Assembly (NCBI RefSeq): GCF_902713615.1
Contig: NW_024055500.1
Span: 248,001 to 312,000 of the forward strand
Direction: 5' to 3'
Length of the DNA: 64,000 nucleotides
From: Scyliorhinus canicula
Taxonomy: Eukaryota
This document shows, in pieces, positions 60,111 to 64,000 of this stretch (positions within the stretch are counted from its first letter, which is position 1; the number at the start of each line of letters is the position of its first letter). The notes under the pieces are model-generated. The model was not told the origin of the DNA and made no database searches. It worked only from the letters and a program-made list of their open reading frames with translations. A program made the position numbers and the translations under genes.

Positions 60111-62205
60111 GTGGAAAGTAGGTTTTAACCCTCTTTGAAGTCGTTCACCCGTACCTGCCCCCAGGTCCCGCCCCACCACACTCCCGGCAAAATATCGTAA
60201 GTAGCTGATTGCGAAACGACATTATTCTCTGAAACGTTCTATCCCACTGTGCAATCAGACCCCCCCCCCCCAATCCCATTCCTCCCCTGGAGTCAACAAG
60301 ATCACCCCTCCTCAGTTCGCCTGCCTGTGTACCACAGTGGTTAGCACTGTTGCTTCACAGCTCCAGGGTCCCAGGTTCGATTCCCGGCTGGGGTCACTGT
60401 CTGTGCGGAGTCTGCACGTCCTCCCCGTGTGTGCGTGGGTTTCCTCCGGGTGCTCCGGTTTCCTCCCACAGTCCAAAGATGTGCAGGTTAGGTGGATTGG
60501 CCATGATAAATTGCCCTTTAGTGTCGAATGATGGGCAGGTTTGTGGAGTGTGCCTGGGTAGGATACTCGTTCAGAGGGTTCGTGCAGACTTGATCATGTC
60601 TGTTGGCAGTTCTGGTCGCCACATTACCAGAAGGATGTGGATGCTTTGGAGAGGGTGCAGAGGAGGTTCACCAGGATGTTGCCTGGTATGGAGGGTGCTA
60701 GCTATGAAGAAAGATTGAGTAGATTAGGATTGTTTTCATTGGAAAGACGGAGGTTGAGGGGAGACCTGATTGAGGCCTACAAAATTATGAGAGGTATGGA
60801 CAGGGTGGATAGCAACAAGCTTTTCCCAAGAGTGGGGGTGTCAGTTACAAGGGGTCACGATTTCAAGGTGAGAGGGGAAAAGTTTAAGGGAGATGTGCGT
60901 GGAAAGTTTTTTACGCAGAGGGTGGTGGGTGCCTGGAATGCTTTGCCAGCGGAGGTGGTAGAGGCGGGCACGATAGCATCATTTAAGATGCATCTGGACA
61001 GACATATGAACGGGCAGGAACAGAGGGAAGTAGACCTTGGAAAATAGGAGACAGCTTAAGATAAAGGATCTGGATCGGTGCAGGCTGGGAGGGCCAAAGG
61101 GCCTGTTCCTGTGCTGTAATTTTCTTTGTTCTTTGTTTTTTCATGGGATGAATGGCTTCCTTATGCACGTAGAAAACAGAAGCAGAAGGAGGCCATTCGG
61201 CCCTTCGAGCCAGTTCCCCCACTCATTATGATCATGGCTGATCATCAAGTTCAACACCCTGACCCTGCCTTCCCTCCCCATTTCCCTTCATCCCTTTACC
61301 GTCAAGAGCTGTATCGAATTCTATCTCAAAATTAGATCATCTGGAGACTTGGGCGGAGAGATGGCAGATGGCGTTTAATCCAGTCAAATGTGAGGTAATG
61401 CATTTTGGAAGGTCTAATCCAGGTAGGGAATATACAGTGAATAAATATTGTTACAGGTCAGACAAGATTAAGAAACAACAATTCAGTTTCTCTGTTTTTG
61501 GCCCTCAATAGAAAATGGCCCAGTTCAATCAAAAGTTGATTCCAAATCGTCAGTGAATCCATAAGACCGTAAGCTATCGGAGCAGACTTAGGCCACTCGG
61601 CCCATCGAGTCTGCTCCGCCAATCAATCATGGCTGATATTTTCTCATCCCCATTCTCCTGCCTTCTCCCCATAACCCCTGACCCCTTATTAGTCAAGAAT
61701 CCTATCTATCTCTGTCTTAAAGACACTCAGTGATTTGGCCTCTACAGCCTTCTGCGGCAAAGAGTTCCACAGATTCACCACCCTCTGGCTGAAGAAATTC
61801 CTCCTCATCTCTGTTTTAAAGGATCGTCCCTTTCGTCTGAGATGGTGTCCTCTGGTTCTAGTCTGTCCTACTCGTGGAAACATCCTCTCCACGCCCACTC
61901 TATCTCGGGTTCTCAGTATTCTGTCAGATTCAATGAGACCCCCCCTCATCCTTCTAAACTCCGATCCCGGCTCTGGGTCACTGTCCGTGTGGAGTTTGCA
62001 CATTCTCCCCGTGTCTGCGTGGGTTTCGCCCCCACAACCCAAAAATGTGCAGAGTGGGTGGATTGGCCACGCTAAATTGCCCCTTAATTAGAAAAAATAA
62101 TTGGCTAATCTAAATTTATAAAAACAATTAAAAAAAAACATCCTTCTAAACTCAGCGCAGGCCCAGAGTTCTCAAACGCTCCTCAAATGACACGAATCTT
62201 TGTGC

Positions 62206-62326
62206 GTTTAGTGGTCTCGCACTGCCCCCTCCTGGTGACAGTGTGAATTTACTGATCTCTCACTGCCCCTCTTCCTGGCCACAGTGGGTGAGTTTAGTGG
62301 TCTCGCACTGCCCCCTCCTGGTGACA
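62206..62326 (-). promoter_or_regulatory. Two tandem CTCF-like motifs in a 35-bp direct repeat
   Basis: gtttagtggtctcgcactgccccctcctggtgaca at 62206-62240 and 62292-62326; minus strand reads CCAGGAGGGGGCAG. Confidence 0.5.
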
Positions 62327-62349
62327 CTGTGCCAGGCAGGCAGGGAGGG

Positions 62350-62580
62350 GGGGCACACAGATGTCCCTGCACCTGTGCGGGGTGGAAAGTTTCTAAACCT
62401 CCCCCACTCTCACCTCACCTCAAAGACAGTCTGTGATGTGGGCTCCTTGTTTCCACTCGGCCGGGCAGACTGAATCATTGGGCGCTGGCTCACCAACGGA
62501 AGTCACTGGCTCCCCAGAGAGACAGACATCTTGCAAATTGCAAAAATGCAACGATAAAACAAAAAGCCACAGGACCGACC
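62350..62580. promoter_or_regulatory. Candidate T-cell enhancer island B
   Basis: CAGATG and CACCTG E-boxes, TGGAAA, TCAAAG and CGGAAGT; collinear with island A. Confidence 0.4.
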
Positions 62581-62759
62581 TCAAACACATCACTCAGAAC
62601 CCTGCCCTTGAATAAATTTAGCAGCAGTGGATAATTATTCCACCAGAACGGCGCTGCCTCATTCATCTGATCTCCCAAAGGGACAGCGGCCGCCGATTCT
62701 GAAAGTACTTCAGCTTTTTCCGCAGCCGACATCAGATCAGTTCCCTCCACCGATCTGTG

Positions 62760-64000
62760 TCATGTCTTACAAACTTAATAGAATTCTTTGAGGAAGTGAC
62801 AAAGTTAATTGATGAGGGAAGGGCTGTAGATGTCATATACATGGACTTTAGTAAGACGTTTGATAAGGTTTCCCATGGCAGGTTGATGGAAAAAGTGAAG
62901 TTGTAAGGGGTTCAGGGTGTACTAGCTAGATGGATAAAGAACTGGCTGGGCAACAGGAGACAGAGAGAAGTGGTGGAAGGGAGTTTCTCAAAATGGAGAC
63001 GGGTGACTAGTGGTGTTCCACAGGGATCCGTGCTCGGACCACTGTTGTTTGTGACCTACATAAATGATCTGGACGAAGGTATAGGTGGTCTGATTAGCAA
63101 GTTTGCAGATGATACTAAGATTGGTTGAGTGGCAGATAGCGAGGAGGACTGTCAGAGAATACAGCAAAATATAGATAGATTGGAGAGTTGGGCAGAGAAA
63201 TGGCAGATGGAGTTCAATCCAGGCAAATGCGAGGTGATGGATTTTCGAAGATCGAATTCGAGAGCGGACTATACAGACAATGGAAGAGTCCTGGGGAAAA
63301 TTGATGTACAGAGAGATCTGGGAATTCAGGTCCATTGTACCCTGAAGGTGGCAACGCAAGTCGATAGAGTGGTCAAGAAGACATACAGCATGCTTGCCTT
63401 CATCGGGCGGGGTATTGAGTACAAGAGTTGGCAGGTCATGTTACAGTTGTATAGGACTTTGGTTCGGCCACATTTGGAATACTGCGTGCAGTTCTGGTCG
63501 CCACGTTACCAGAAGGATTTAGATGCTTTGGAGAGGGTGCAGAGGAGGTTCACCAGGATGTTGCCTGGTATGGAGGGCGCTAGCTATGAAGAAAGGTTGA
63601 GTAGATTGGGATTGTTTTCGTTGGAAAGACGGAGGTTGAGGGGGGGCCTGAATGCGGTCTACAAAATCATGAGAGATAGGTAGGGTGGATAGCAACAAGC
63701 TTTTCCCAAGAGTGGGGGTGTCAGTTACAAGGGGACACGATTTCAAGGTGAGAGGGGGAAAGTTTAAGGGAGATGTGCGTGGGAAATGTTTTACGCAGAG
63801 GGTGGTGGGTGCCTGGAATGCTTTGCCAGGGGAGATGGTAGAGGCGGGCACGATAGCATCATTTAAGATGCATCTGGACAGGTATATGAACGGACGGGGA
63901 ATGGAGGGAAGTAGATCCTTGGAAAATAGGAGACAGGTTTAGATAAAGGATCTGGATCGGCGCAGGCTGGGAGGGCCAAAGGGCCTGTTCCTGTGCTGTA
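62760..64000 (+). mobile_element. CR1-type LINE RT fragment with stops
   Basis: [20 protein letters not shown] and FADDTK motifs, disrupted. Confidence 0.92.

Noticed and set aside
1826-62130. Many 60-140 aa ORFs containing VSSGCSGFLPQSKD or GFPPGAPVSSHSPK, and tRNA-like heads
   Set aside because: These are translations of HE1-like SINEs; the heads are SINE promoters, not tRNA genes.
1-64000. V or D gene segments; DAD1, which lies 3' of TRAC in many bony vertebrates
   Set aside because: I saw no leader/V exon with WYxQ or YYC motifs, no short 12/23-flanked D, and no DAD1-like frame.

Overview
This window is part of a vertebrate T-cell receptor alpha (TRA) locus, most likely from a cartilaginous fish. 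The evidence for that lineage is HE1-like SINEs, CR1 LINEs and a shark-type C-alpha sequence. All gene segments lie on the + strand. Layout: J array 1 (about 0.35-12.75 kb) has 12 J-alpha segments or relics, each with a 5' 12-bp-spacer RSS and a phase-1 GT donor. A complete, intact TRAC follows (Ig domain 14908-15186, hinge 15278-15325, TM/cytoplasmic 16624-16732, probable 3'UTR exon near 18.2-18.8 kb). A second, larger array of 36 J-alpha segments lies downstream of that C (24.1-49.4 kb). I found no further C exon in the remaining about 14.6 kb, which is repeat-rich and includes an N-gap. I found no V or D segments. Main observations: (1) C-alpha sits inside the J cluster. (2) An abundant tRNA-derived SINE carries a near-consensus 23-bp-spacer RSS and is scattered among the 12-RSS J segments. 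(3) Recent tandem duplications of J triplets, one via a chimeric SINE, differ mainly in CDR3-encoding codons. (4) An older repeating J module is shared by both arrays. (5) Two collinear enhancer-like islands and a tandem CTCF-like repeat lie at the 3' end. All coordinates were read by eye; repeat boundaries are approximate.
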